Below are positions 30,077 through 39,175 of a stretch of 64,000 bases of DNA, piece after piece. Every line of letters starts with the position of its first letter. Positions within the stretch are counted from its first letter, which is position 1. The translations under genes were made by a program, and so were the position numbers. The DNA lies in assembly GCA_963759805.1 (NCBI GenBank), contig CAVXAT010000004.1, positions 59,483 through 123,482 on the forward strand, in the 5' to 3' direction. This DNA comes from an uncultured bacterium (lineage in GTDB: Bacteria; Babelota; Babeliae; Babelales; RVW-14). The notes under the pieces were generated by a model that saw only the letters and a list, made by a program, of their open reading frames with translations, ran no database searches and had not been told where the DNA came from.

Positions 30077-31138
30077 ATGTTTTTGAAGAAAATTATAACA
30101 GTAGCATTGTTGATGTTTACGTCTTATTTACAATCGGAAACAGACAAAAATTCATCTGTTTTCGATTGTGAGAAATATAAAGCCAACACTTTGCGTCTTC
30201 TTGCATCCGGTAAAAGTGCCGTAGGTCATGATATGAGTGGGGGAAGGTTTGGTGATAGCCTAATATGCTACTTACATGCCAAATGGATCTCATATAAATA
30301 TAATATTCCATTACTTTATTATCCATTCGAGTATTCAGAAAAATTGGTTTTGTCTGATGCTGAGTTGTTAGTAACTGTTGGTAATTCAATTACCCTAAAA
30401 AGAGAAAAACCAACTGATATAGAGCCAATTACTAAAGTAGTGCTAGTCGATACTATAACAATCCGTCCGGATGATGGAATTTTATACATAGTGCCCTGGT
30501 TTCCCGAATCGATACAGGAGTATGAGCGAATAGAAGATGGACGTTTTTATTTTTATGTTAATTGGAGCGATGAGAAGTTTCTTGCAGAAGCCCGTAAATT
30601 TATAAGTCCAAAAGGTAAGTTAGACTTATTATCGCTTCCGTCGGACAAAATTACCGTTGCCGTTCATGTTAGAAGAAATAGTAATGGCTTTGATTTAGCG
30701 CTATCTTTTGATGAAAATTTGAAAGTGAAAGAGGGACGCCAGTTTCTTGATGATTACTATCCATTCAAATGTGTTGATGACAATTTTTATATATCAAGTA
30801 TAAAAAAACTATCCGAATTATTCCCAAATAAATCGATCTATATTTATATTTTTACGGATGACAAAGATCCTGAAAAGATTGCAGAAAAATATAAAAAAGC
30901 GCTTAACAATCCTTTAATTACATTTGATTATCGCCATGATAAGCATGATCACACAGTGCATGTCTTGGAAGACTTTTTTTCTATGTTGCAGTTTGATTGT
31001 TTAATTCGTTCTGATTCCAACTTTTCTCTGGTTGCTTCAAAGTTGGGTAATTATAAATTTGACATATCCCCGGCAGGTTATCAGCTAAAAAACAATCATC
31101 CGGTTATTGTCCGTGTGAATATTTCTACAAAACTTTAA
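30077..31138 (+). CDS. membrane-anchored glycosyltransferase, fucosyltransferase-like (GT11/GT23-like motifs)
   Basis: N-terminal anchor. VAVHVRRNSNGFD (HxRR motif), IYIFTDDKDPE and LIRSDSNFSLVASKL resemble the GT11-type motifs. Family call is tentative. Confidence 0.4.
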   Translation: MFLKKIITVALLMFTSYLQSETDKNSSVFDCEKYKANTLRLLASGKSAVGHDMSGGRFGDSLICYLHAKWISYKYNIPLLYYPFEYSEKLVLSDAELLVTVGNSITLKREKPTDIEPITKVVLVDTITIRPDDGILYIVPWFPESIQEYERIEDGRFYFYVNWSDEKFLAEARKFISPKGKLDLLSLPSDKITVAVHVRRNSNGFDLALSFDENLKVKEGRQFLDDYYPFKCVDDNFYISSIKKLSELFPNKSIYIYIFTDDKDPEKIAEKYKKALNNPLITFDYRHDKHDHTVHVLEDFFSMLQFDCLIRSDSNFSLVASKLGNYKFDISPAGYQLKNNHPVIVRVNISTKL

Positions 31139-31155
31139 ACAAAGAAGAAGCAGAG

Positions 31156-32112
31156 ATGAAATTTTTTAGAAATATAAACATTTTATGTTTGTGTTTATGT
31201 TTAATGTTTTTGGCAGAATGCCTTGGCATCAAAAGTAATAGCAACTTTCTCTCCACATTAAATAAAACCAGTAGTAATGCCTTGCCTGTTGTCGCCAGGA
31301 GCGACAGTAATTTTTTACCTGCTTTAAATAAAAACAATTCAAATCAGTCGATAGCGATTGTGACTATTTCTACTCCAAATCGCATTTCATTTTCTCAGTA
31401 CACGCTTAGTTCTTTAATAAAATATGCGTCAAAATGGGGTTATTATTTACATTTTTATCCCAATCCACCGGATACATCTCGAAGTATATACTGGGGCAAG
31501 ATAAAAGTAGTTTTGGATTTATTGAAAGAGGGTAAATATGATTGGTATGTATGGTTTGATGATGACATATTTATTACAAACCCAGAGATTTCTATAGGTC
31601 AGATTATTAAAGATTGTGGTCCACAGGTTCATTTTATTATTGCAGCACATAAAACTTTTCCTATACTTGAAAATGATGTGAATTCCGGAGTTTTTATGGT
31701 AAGAAATTCTGAGTGGTCTAGAAATTTTTTACAACAAGTTTGGGAAAGAGGAGATGGGCAGCCTGGCTCTTACATGGAGCAAGGCGCAATATCCGAGCTT
31801 ATTGTAACAGAAAAATACAAAAATTCACCGTATATAGTCAGACTACCAGGAAGAAAAATTCAATCCATTTTGACGCTGCTTTACAAAGGTGATTGTGGTG
31901 ACTATGGACAGTGGCAGCCTGGTGATTTTGCAGCGCATCTTGCAGGTGCTTATGAGCGTGCGCGATGTATTATTTGTGAACAATTTGCAACAAATCCGAG
32001 TATTTATCCTGTACTTCCTCCAGCGGCAGAAGCTCTTACTATTAAACAAGAGCCGATAGTGGTAACTGATTGGGAGAGCTTTGCGGCAGCTTGTTCTTTG
32101 TCTAACCAATAA
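31156..32112 (+). CDS. membrane-anchored GT34-like (GMA12/MNN10-type) glycosyltransferase
   Basis: IAIVTISTPNR..YASKWGYY, YWGKIKVVLDLL..YDWYVWFDDDIFITN (DxD), NSGVFMVRNSEWS, MEQGAISELI and GDFAAHLAG follow the GT34 motif order. Confidence 0.6.
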   Translation: MKFFRNINILCLCLCLMFLAECLGIKSNSNFLSTLNKTSSNALPVVARSDSNFLPALNKNNSNQSIAIVTISTPNRISFSQYTLSSLIKYASKWGYYLHFYPNPPDTSRSIYWGKIKVVLDLLKEGKYDWYVWFDDDIFITNPEISIGQIIKDCGPQVHFIIAAHKTFPILENDVNSGVFMVRNSEWSRNFLQQVWERGDGQPGSYMEQGAISELIVTEKYKNSPYIVRLPGRKIQSILTLLYKGDCGDYGQWQPGDFAAHLAGAYERARCIICEQFATNPSIYPVLPPAAEALTIKQEPIVVTDWESFAAACSLSNQ

Positions 32113-32123
32113 AAGGAGTTTTA

Positions 32124-33983
32124 ATGAGATTTTTTAGAAAAATAAGTAAAATTTTTAGGGGAATTAGTATTTTGGGTTGCTGTTTTATGTTTTTTTCTTT
32201 GGCTCAAGCACACGTTCTTGTTTTTGTACATCTTGGGCCATCATTGCCGCCATATCTGCAAGATGCAGTTTTTCAGGCCAGTTTATTTAATCCAGTTGAT
32301 GAAATTTGTGTTATTGTCAATGAGAAGGCATTAGAAAAATCAAATAATCTTGGAAGATTTACAACCATTTTTACAGCTGAAAATCTGCAATTAACCGAAA
32401 GGCATTCTGCCTTTCGAGAGAAATCAACGCTTGATAAAAGTTTTCGCGATTCATTTTGGTTTTATGCCTCTGAGCGGTTTTTATATTTAGATGATTTTAT
32501 GCAGCAGTATAACGTCAAAAATCTGTTTCATATAGAAAGCGACGTTGCTCTTTTTGTTGATCTCCAAGAATTACTGCCTATTTTTCAACAAGAATATCAT
32601 GACCAAATTGCTGCCGTATTTGATAATGATGATAGGTGTATTCCAAGCTTTATTTATGCAGCTAATAAAGATGCAATGGCGCATCTTGCGGCTTTTATGG
32701 TTGAAAATGCAGGGTCGGGTAAAAATGACATGGAAGTGTTAGGGCTCTACAAAAAACAGTACCCTACGAAAATAAAAAATTTACCAATTATTCCATCTTC
32801 TTACTCTGAAAGTTATCCACTTGTAAGTGCCAGTGGATGTAAAACTCAAAATGCTGCTGCATATTCAACAAATATAGATAAATTTCACTCTGTTTTTGAT
32901 GCCGCTGCCATTGGTCAATATCTGGGCGGAACTGATCCGCGCAATGGGCCATCATCTCCCGGATTTATCAATGAAAGATGTCTTTTTAATCCGGCAAATT
33001 TTAGTTACGATTTACAGACTGATGTTTATGGGCGATTAATTCCATATTTATTGTTCAATGGTACAAAGTACCGTATTAATAATTTGCATATCCATTCCAA
33101 GCACGTAAATCAGTTTTTATCAAAAGGTTTTTTTGATGCTAATTATAAATTTACCAACGATCCAATAGATGTTGTAATTCCATGCATAAAAAAAGATCAA
33201 CGTACATTGGATCTTGTCATAGCAGGAATTAAAGAGAATGGGGCTAACATCAGGAATATATATATTGTTGCCCCCGAGAATCTTTTATCGAATCTTTCGT
33301 CAAATGCAACTTGGATAGATGAAAAAAGTTTCCCATTTACTCAAAAAGATATTGCAATGCAGATATTTGATAATAACGAGGGTAAAGCAGATGAATATAG
33401 GAGAAGCAAAGATTCAAGGACGGGGTGGATATATCAGCAGTTGTTGAAGTTTTATGCTCCGTTTGTTATTCCCGGTATATCCAGTAATGTTTTGATTCTG
33501 GATGCTGATACAGTCTTTTTAAAGCCCGTAAAATTTCAAGCGCAGTCCGGTGCTGCACTCTTTAATCCCTCGCCCGAGTATTATCCCCCATATTTTGAAC
33601 ATGCATGCAGAGTGCTTCCCGGATTTAGGAAAGTTTTTGCACAATATTCCGGCGTCTCCCATCATATGTTGTTTCAGCGATGTGTGCTGGAGGACTTATT
33701 TCAAATTATTAAAGGCATTCACAGGGTTGAACCTTGGATTGCTCTTGTTAAAAATATCAACAAAAACCACCTTGCGGGATCAGGACTTTCTGAGTATGAG
33801 ATATATTTCAACTTTCTTTTCGCTCATGATGGGCAAGTTCAAATTAGGCTTTTAAAGTGGGTAGAAAGTGGTAACTTGAAAAAATTGCAGGAGTATAAAG
33901 ACCAGGGATATGATTATGTCTCTTTTCATTCAAACTATCCCGTAAGCGCAGAATTTAGACATTTCGGTGCTGATGATTTGTAG
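32124..33983 (+). CDS. membrane-anchored two-domain putative glycosyltransferase
   Basis: 619 aa with an N-terminal anchor. The N-domain has FLYLDDF..HIESDVALF. The C-domain has TGWIYQQLLKFYAP..VLILDADTVFLKP (DxD context). Family unresolved. Confidence 0.4.
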   Translation: MRFFRKISKIFRGISILGCCFMFFSLAQAHVLVFVHLGPSLPPYLQDAVFQASLFNPVDEICVIVNEKALEKSNNLGRFTTIFTAENLQLTERHSAFREKSTLDKSFRDSFWFYASERFLYLDDFMQQYNVKNLFHIESDVALFVDLQELLPIFQQEYHDQIAAVFDNDDRCIPSFIYAANKDAMAHLAAFMVENAGSGKNDMEVLGLYKKQYPTKIKNLPIIPSSYSESYPLVSASGCKTQNAAAYSTNIDKFHSVFDAAAIGQYLGGTDPRNGPSSPGFINERCLFNPANFSYDLQTDVYGRLIPYLLFNGTKYRINNLHIHSKHVNQFLSKGFFDANYKFTNDPIDVVIPCIKKDQRTLDLVIAGIKENGANIRNIYIVAPENLLSNLSSNATWIDEKSFPFTQKDIAMQIFDNNEGKADEYRRSKDSRTGWIYQQLLKFYAPFVIPGISSNVLILDADTVFLKPVKFQAQSGAALFNPSPEYYPPYFEHACRVLPGFRKVFAQYSGVSHHMLFQRCVLEDLFQIIKGIHRVEPWIALVKNINKNHLAGSGLSEYEIYFNFLFAHDGQVQIRLLKWVESGNLKKLQEYKDQGYDYVSFHSNYPVSAEFRHFGADDL

Positions 33984-33988
33984 TGTGA

Positions 33989-34408
33989 TTACCTTTGTCG
34001 AAACCGACAAAAGCGCAAATCTACAAATTCAAATGTTTCCTGTACATAAGGGTCATTTGCATACCATTCACCAACCTTCTCATAAGTTACATAAAATTCA
34101 TCAAACTGATCCCCAACCTGATCCTCTACTGTGTAAACAGGAATGTAAATATATCTTTGAATTCTTATTTTGTTCTCGTTGTTATCATCCAGAAAAAAGA
34201 AGTATTGCATGATAACTGAATACCCTGCAGCTTTGGTTCTAGGTGAGCATAGCATGCAAGAATCTTGATTAATAAACGGATCTTGCTCAGATCTGACTGC
34301 ATATTCCGGTAATGGATTTTTTGCAGCAGCGGCTGATTGGGTTCGAATAAATATACATAAAAATAAAATTAAAATCTTAAGTGATATTTTCATATTACTT
34401 TTCTTCAA
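33989..34408 (-). CDS. secreted hypothetical protein
   Basis: 139-aa ORF with a signal peptide (ILILFLCIFIRTQSAAA). Sits 12 nt downstream of leuS on the same strand. Confidence 0.45.
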   Translation of the reverse strand: MKKSNMKISLKILILFLCIFIRTQSAAAAKNPLPEYAVRSEQDPFINQDSCMLCSPRTKAAGYSVIMQYFFFLDDNNENKIRIQRYIYIPVYTVEDQVGDQFDEFYVTYEKVGEWYANDPYVQETFEFVDLRFCRFRQR

Positions 34409-34420
34409 ATTATTTCTCCC

Positions 34421-36898
34421 TTATTTAACAACAAAACTAATTAAGCGATTGGGGACAAAGACAATTTTTACAATTTGTTTGTCCTGCAGCCAGCTTGCAA
34501 TAATATTTTTTGCCTGAGCTTCTACAACGGTTTGTGTTGAATCTTTTGGTAAAACAATTGAGCCACGTAATTTCCCATTAACCTGAATAGCAAATTCAAC
34601 ATCATTTTCTGCTGCAAGTGCGGCATCAAACGTTGGCCATTTGCAGTTTTCAAGTTGCTTGTCCAGTAACCGTTCAATTAACTCGCTAGAAAAGTGTGGC
34701 GTAATAATCGAGATTGCGACGAGTAACTGTTCTAGTATATCACGATCAAGTTTGTACTTGTTTTCTGTCAATTCGTTTAGATATTCCATTATCGCAGAAA
34801 CGGCGGTGTTTACTTTGAAATCATCAATTCGTTCCTGGTATTTTTTCAAGAAACGGTGAAATGCGCGCTTCGATTTTTCATCGGCATCGCCATGCGTTGC
34901 GTCTTTGCCTGCAGGCAGAATATTTTCAGAATTGGTCAGATATGCCCAAAGGCGATTCAGAAATGAACGTACCCCTTTGATTGAGTCGGACTGCCATTCG
35001 CAATCAAGCTCAGGAGGGCCCATGAACAGTTCATACATTCGCAGTGTATCTGCACCCATATTATCAATAATTTCGTCCGGTGTGACAACATTGCCTTTTG
35101 ATTTTGACATTTTTTCAACGCGACCAGTTATTGAAGACTTCATGCAAACCATTCCCTGGTTGAAAAGTTTTGCAAATGGTTCATCAAAATCAAGATATCC
35201 GGCATCGTGTAAAACTTTAATGTAAAAACGAGAATAGAGAAGATGTAGTACGGCGTGTTCAATTCCGCCAACATAAAGATCAACAGGCATCCAGTATTTT
35301 ACATCTTTGGGATTGAAAGCATGTTCATTGTCATGCGGGCTTGTGTAGCGAAGGAAGTACCAGCATGAGCCTGCCCATTGAGGCATTGTGTTTGTTTCAC
35401 GTTTTGCAGGGCCACCGCACTCAGGACAACTGGTATTTACCCATTCTTCAATGCCGGCCAGTGGAGATTCCCCTGTTCCTGTCGGTTCATATTTTTCAAC
35501 TTCAGGGAGTAGTATGGGGAGTTGATCTTCCGGAACGGCAACGATCCCACATTTTTTACAATGAACAAGCGGAATTGGTTCGCCCCAGTAACGTTGACGA
35601 GAGAATGTCCAGTCTCGTAATTTATATGTTATGTGTTGTTCAGCAGCCCCTTTTTTGGCAAGAAAGGCGACTATTTTTTTTGCGCCTTCGGTTTTGGCAT
35701 CCAGTCCGTCAAATTGGTCACTATTGATCATTGTGCCATCAGCTTCAAATGCTTGAGTTAATTTTCCGTTGGCATCCCTGAGTTCATCGAATGGATTTCT
35801 TGATTTGATAACTTCCCTGATTTGAAGATTAAATTTTTTGGCAAATTCAAAATCGCGCTGATCATGTGCAGGTACGGCCATGATTATACCGGTTCCATAA
35901 TGTTTAAGAACATAGCTTGAAAGATAGATAGGAAGCTTTTCGCCATTGACGGGATTGATGGCATATCGGCCTGTAAAAACTCCAGTTTTATCTTTTGTGT
36001 CTGTTGTTCTTTCAAGATCGCTAAGCTTGGCAACTTCAGTTTGATATGATTTTACTTGTGAGAGCTTATCCGGTGTAGTAATTTTGTCGACTAAATCATG
36101 ATCCGGGGCCATAACTATAAACGACGCACCAAAGAGCGTGTCGGGGCGTGTTGTGAAAACAATTAAATCTATAGTATTATCTGTTTTAAACGTATCTGTT
36201 TTAAAAGTAATTTTTGCTCCAACGCTTTTGCCTATCCAGTTGATTTGCATCAATTTTACTTTTTCAGACCAGTCTAATTTCTCAAGTCCCGAAATCAATT
36301 TTTCAGCATATTTAGTAATTCTTAAAACCCATTGTCTGATTGGTTTTTGAAATGTTTGTGTTCCGCACCTATCACACGCTCCGCCTACAACCTCTTCATT
36401 GGCCAGTCCCGTTAAGCATTTTGGACACCAGTTAATGGGCATGTTCTCTTCATATGCAAGCCCCATTTTAAACATTTGCAAAAATATCCACTGTGTCCAT
36501 CTATAATAATGTGGATCGGTAGTATTTACCTCTCTGTCCCAATCATATATTGCGCCAATTTTTTCAAGCTGCTTTTTAAAGCTTTCAATATTCTGTTTTG
36601 TACAAATTGCCGGATGAATTCCTTGTTTAATTGCGTAATTTTCAGCCGGAAGTCCAAATGCATCCCATCCCATTGGATGTAAAACATTGTATCCCATAAA
36701 CCACTTCATGCGGGCATAAACATCGGAAAAAACGTACCCCTTCCAATGGCCAACGTGTAGTCCTGCTCCGGACGGGTATGGAAACATATCAAGACAGTAA
36801 AACTTTTTATCAGAATAACTATTTCTTGTTTTAAAATATGGATTCTTGCGCCAGTTCGAGCGCCATTTTCCTTCAATAGACTTAAAATCATAACTCAT
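34421..36898 (-). CDS. leuS: leucine--tRNA ligase
   Basis: PYPSGAGLHVGH (HIGH) and KMSKSKGNVV (KMSKS). 825 aa with Zn-finger Cys pairs. Confidence 0.95.
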   Translation of the reverse strand: MSYDFKSIEGKWRSNWRKNPYFKTRNSYSDKKFYCLDMFPYPSGAGLHVGHWKGYVFSDVYARMKWFMGYNVLHPMGWDAFGLPAENYAIKQGIHPAICTKQNIESFKKQLEKIGAIYDWDREVNTTDPHYYRWTQWIFLQMFKMGLAYEENMPINWCPKCLTGLANEEVVGGACDRCGTQTFQKPIRQWVLRITKYAEKLISGLEKLDWSEKVKLMQINWIGKSVGAKITFKTDTFKTDNTIDLIVFTTRPDTLFGASFIVMAPDHDLVDKITTPDKLSQVKSYQTEVAKLSDLERTTDTKDKTGVFTGRYAINPVNGEKLPIYLSSYVLKHYGTGIIMAVPAHDQRDFEFAKKFNLQIREVIKSRNPFDELRDANGKLTQAFEADGTMINSDQFDGLDAKTEGAKKIVAFLAKKGAAEQHITYKLRDWTFSRQRYWGEPIPLVHCKKCGIVAVPEDQLPILLPEVEKYEPTGTGESPLAGIEEWVNTSCPECGGPAKRETNTMPQWAGSCWYFLRYTSPHDNEHAFNPKDVKYWMPVDLYVGGIEHAVLHLLYSRFYIKVLHDAGYLDFDEPFAKLFNQGMVCMKSSITGRVEKMSKSKGNVVTPDEIIDNMGADTLRMYELFMGPPELDCEWQSDSIKGVRSFLNRLWAYLTNSENILPAGKDATHGDADEKSKRAFHRFLKKYQERIDDFKVNTAVSAIMEYLNELTENKYKLDRDILEQLLVAISIITPHFSSELIERLLDKQLENCKWPTFDAALAAENDVEFAIQVNGKLRGSIVLPKDSTQTVVEAQAKNIIASWLQDKQIVKIVFVPNRLISFVVK

Positions 36899-36978
36899 GA
36901 GGCATCCTTTGTTAACATCAGTTCGATAATTATAAAAAACAGCTGTGAATGCTAAAAGTGGCTTCCGACCAGAGATGT

Positions 36979-37349
36979 GTCATCCTGAATTTATTTCACA
37001 ACTGTCCGAAGTGCTTTTAAAGCCATCTGAACGCTTGTTGCGCTCACTCAAGGGCGCTCGCCCTGAGTGCCGAGCCTTGCGAGGCGTATCGAAGGGTACG
37101 CCCTAAAAACTTATTCTATCCGCCGTTGCGCTCTATCCTTCGATACGATTTGCTAAGCAACAAGTTGCTTGCAAATCACTCAGGACGAGTGCGATGAAAA
37201 CCATACGCATCCGACGATTCAAAGCTACGTTTAACACTTCGGACAGTTATGAATTTATTTCAGGATCCATGGATAGATTTATTCCAAATTTCTGCAATTG
37301 AGCAATAGGAGCAACTAATCCATGGATCCTGAAATAAATTCAGGATGAC
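36979..37349. repeat. AT-rich palindromic element, copy 2, interrupted by a nested GC-rich element
   Basis: The left-arm start gtcatcctgaatttatttca (36979-36998) and the remainder tgaatttatttcaggatccatgga...tccatggatcctgaaataaattcaggatgac (37250-37349) reconstitute a copy of 29713-29819. Confidence 0.85.
36999..37249. mobile_element. GC-rich modular repeat, copy D (251 bp, MITE-like: 14-bp terminal inverted repeats, 13-bp flanking direct repeat)
   Basis: aactgtccgaagtg (37000-37013) is the reverse complement of cacttcggacagtt (37235-37248). Flanked by tgaatttatttca at 36986-36998 and 37250-37262. The interior holds two modules shared with copies B and C. Confidence 0.75.
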
Positions 37350-37661
37350 AAATATGCAATTCAAAGGCTTCTCACTGTAAGCATTTTAAACTTTGCTGGG
37401 TTATCGAATTGGTGCTTTGTTATTAACAGTTCAAAATTAACTTGTAGATTAACATAATTTCTGCGGGTTTGAAAACATGGACAGAAGATCTCTTTCTAAA
37501 TTTTTGGAGCCTGGCCTTTACCGCTTACAATCTAGCCGATTATTTACAAATGATAAATTTATTGACTTAAGAGTATTCAACTTTGTAGCATGATACTAGA
37601 GGCGATAAGTTTAGTTTTATGCATTGGACCTAGTAACTCAATTTTACAGGGGGGAGGGTTT

Positions 37662-39113
37662 ATGAAGCCTAAGGTAACAAGGGAATGTTTTTTTTGTTTG
37701 TCGAAATATTTTCTATTAATATTTTTATTGTTTTTTGCGCATACTGTTTTTGCCTCAACTGCCGAATGGACTGTACTTGTTTATGTACAGGCAAACAATA
37801 ATCTCAAAAAGTTTGCTCAACGTAATTTTGCTGATATGGCTTCGATTGGATCGAGCGAAAATTTAAATATTCTTATGCAAAGCTACTTCCCTCAAGTCAA
37901 CGGAACTTCGCGTTATAAAATTGAAAAGGACAAGATGGTTTTGGACTCACATATACAAATAAATAGCGATGGAACAACATCCAATGATTTAGTAGATGCT
38001 ATGCGTTGGGCTGTTACAAAATATCCGGCAAAAAAATATGCACTTATTTTATGGAATCACGGAGTTGGAATATTAGATCCGATTTGGGGAAATAAAAGTC
38101 CATACCAAACAACACAAAAATTTTATATCGAGCCGGCACTGCTTGATGCATCTCCAAGAATTCAAATTGATGGGTTGACGGTTAATGATATGTATGTGGA
38201 TACAAGACAGACGTTAACATGTTGTCAGGCGGATGTTGATCTAAGTTCTGCCCAGGAAATTGAAAAGATTTTAAAAGAGACTGAGATTCAGGCGGCGAGT
38301 GATGCAAAGCTTGAGACGTATCTTATTCGTGGAATTCTTTTCAATGAGCAGTCTCGAAATTATATGACAAATCAGGCTCTAACCAGTGCTTTGCAGGAGA
38401 TAAAAACAAGTATTCTGAAAAATAATAAAATTGATGTTTTGGGTATGGATGCATGTTTGATGGCGATGATAGAGGTTGGGTATCAGGCAAAAAATTTTGC
38501 GCATTATCTCATTGCATCTGAAGAGGCGGAGTTGGCACATGGATGGGATTATGCGGCTTTGTGCGGTGCTTTAAACAGTAAAGATTGTACCCCGGCACAG
38601 GTAGCGCAGGGGGTTGTTCTTGCCTATGAAATGTTATACAAGAATAAAATTCAATTTTATACCCAGTCGGCCATTGATTTGAAATGTATGGATGATCTTA
38701 AAAAATCTGTGGATGAGTTCGTTTATAATATAAAATCATGCAAAAACATAGATAAAACTTTGACTGAACAACTAATCAGAAGGGCGAGAAATTTATGTTT
38801 ACAATTTAGCGCTACAAACTATGTTGATTTGCATTCTTACTGTTCAGAGTTTTTGAATCAAATTGATGTTTTTAAAAATAATCAGATTATAAGTAAGCGA
38901 GAATTTGTAAATTTAAAAAACTCACTGATAAAAACAAATAAAATTATTGAGCAGTCTGTTATTGCAAATGTTTCAGGTAAGCAGTTTGCAAATGCCAAAG
39001 GCCTTTCTATCTATTTTCCAAAATCGCATGTTGAACAGTCTTATTTACAATCAGATTTTGGCAAAAGCTCTGCTTGGGCAAATTTTATTTCAGAGAATAT
39101 AAAGAATTATTGA
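37662..39113 (+). CDS. peptidase C11 (clostripain-like), intact paralog
   Basis: The ATG at 37662 follows ggggggaggg. Signal peptide, then WTVLVYVQANNNL, ALILWNHGVG and VLGMDACLMAMIEV. Confidence 0.8.
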   Translation: MKPKVTRECFFCLSKYFLLIFLLFFAHTVFASTAEWTVLVYVQANNNLKKFAQRNFADMASIGSSENLNILMQSYFPQVNGTSRYKIEKDKMVLDSHIQINSDGTTSNDLVDAMRWAVTKYPAKKYALILWNHGVGILDPIWGNKSPYQTTQKFYIEPALLDASPRIQIDGLTVNDMYVDTRQTLTCCQADVDLSSAQEIEKILKETEIQAASDAKLETYLIRGILFNEQSRNYMTNQALTSALQEIKTSILKNNKIDVLGMDACLMAMIEVGYQAKNFAHYLIASEEAELAHGWDYAALCGALNSKDCTPAQVAQGVVLAYEMLYKNKIQFYTQSAIDLKCMDDLKKSVDEFVYNIKSCKNIDKTLTEQLIRRARNLCLQFSATNYVDLHSYCSEFLNQIDVFKNNQIISKREFVNLKNSLIKTNKIIEQSVIANVSGKQFANAKGLSIYFPKSHVEQSYLQSDFGKSSAWANFISENIKNY

Positions 39114-39175
39114 TGTTTTAGGGATAATACAATCTATTATTCGACATATTTATCTAAAAAGATCTTGTATGCATA

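Noticed and set aside
37057-37097. Hammerhead-ribozyme-like strings (ctgagtg ... cgaag) in the GC-rich modules
   Set aside because: The invariant hammerhead core (CUGANGA ... GAAA with a proper stem III and cleavage triplet) is not satisfied. ctgagtg lacks the GA at the required positions, and cgaagg does not provide GAAA.
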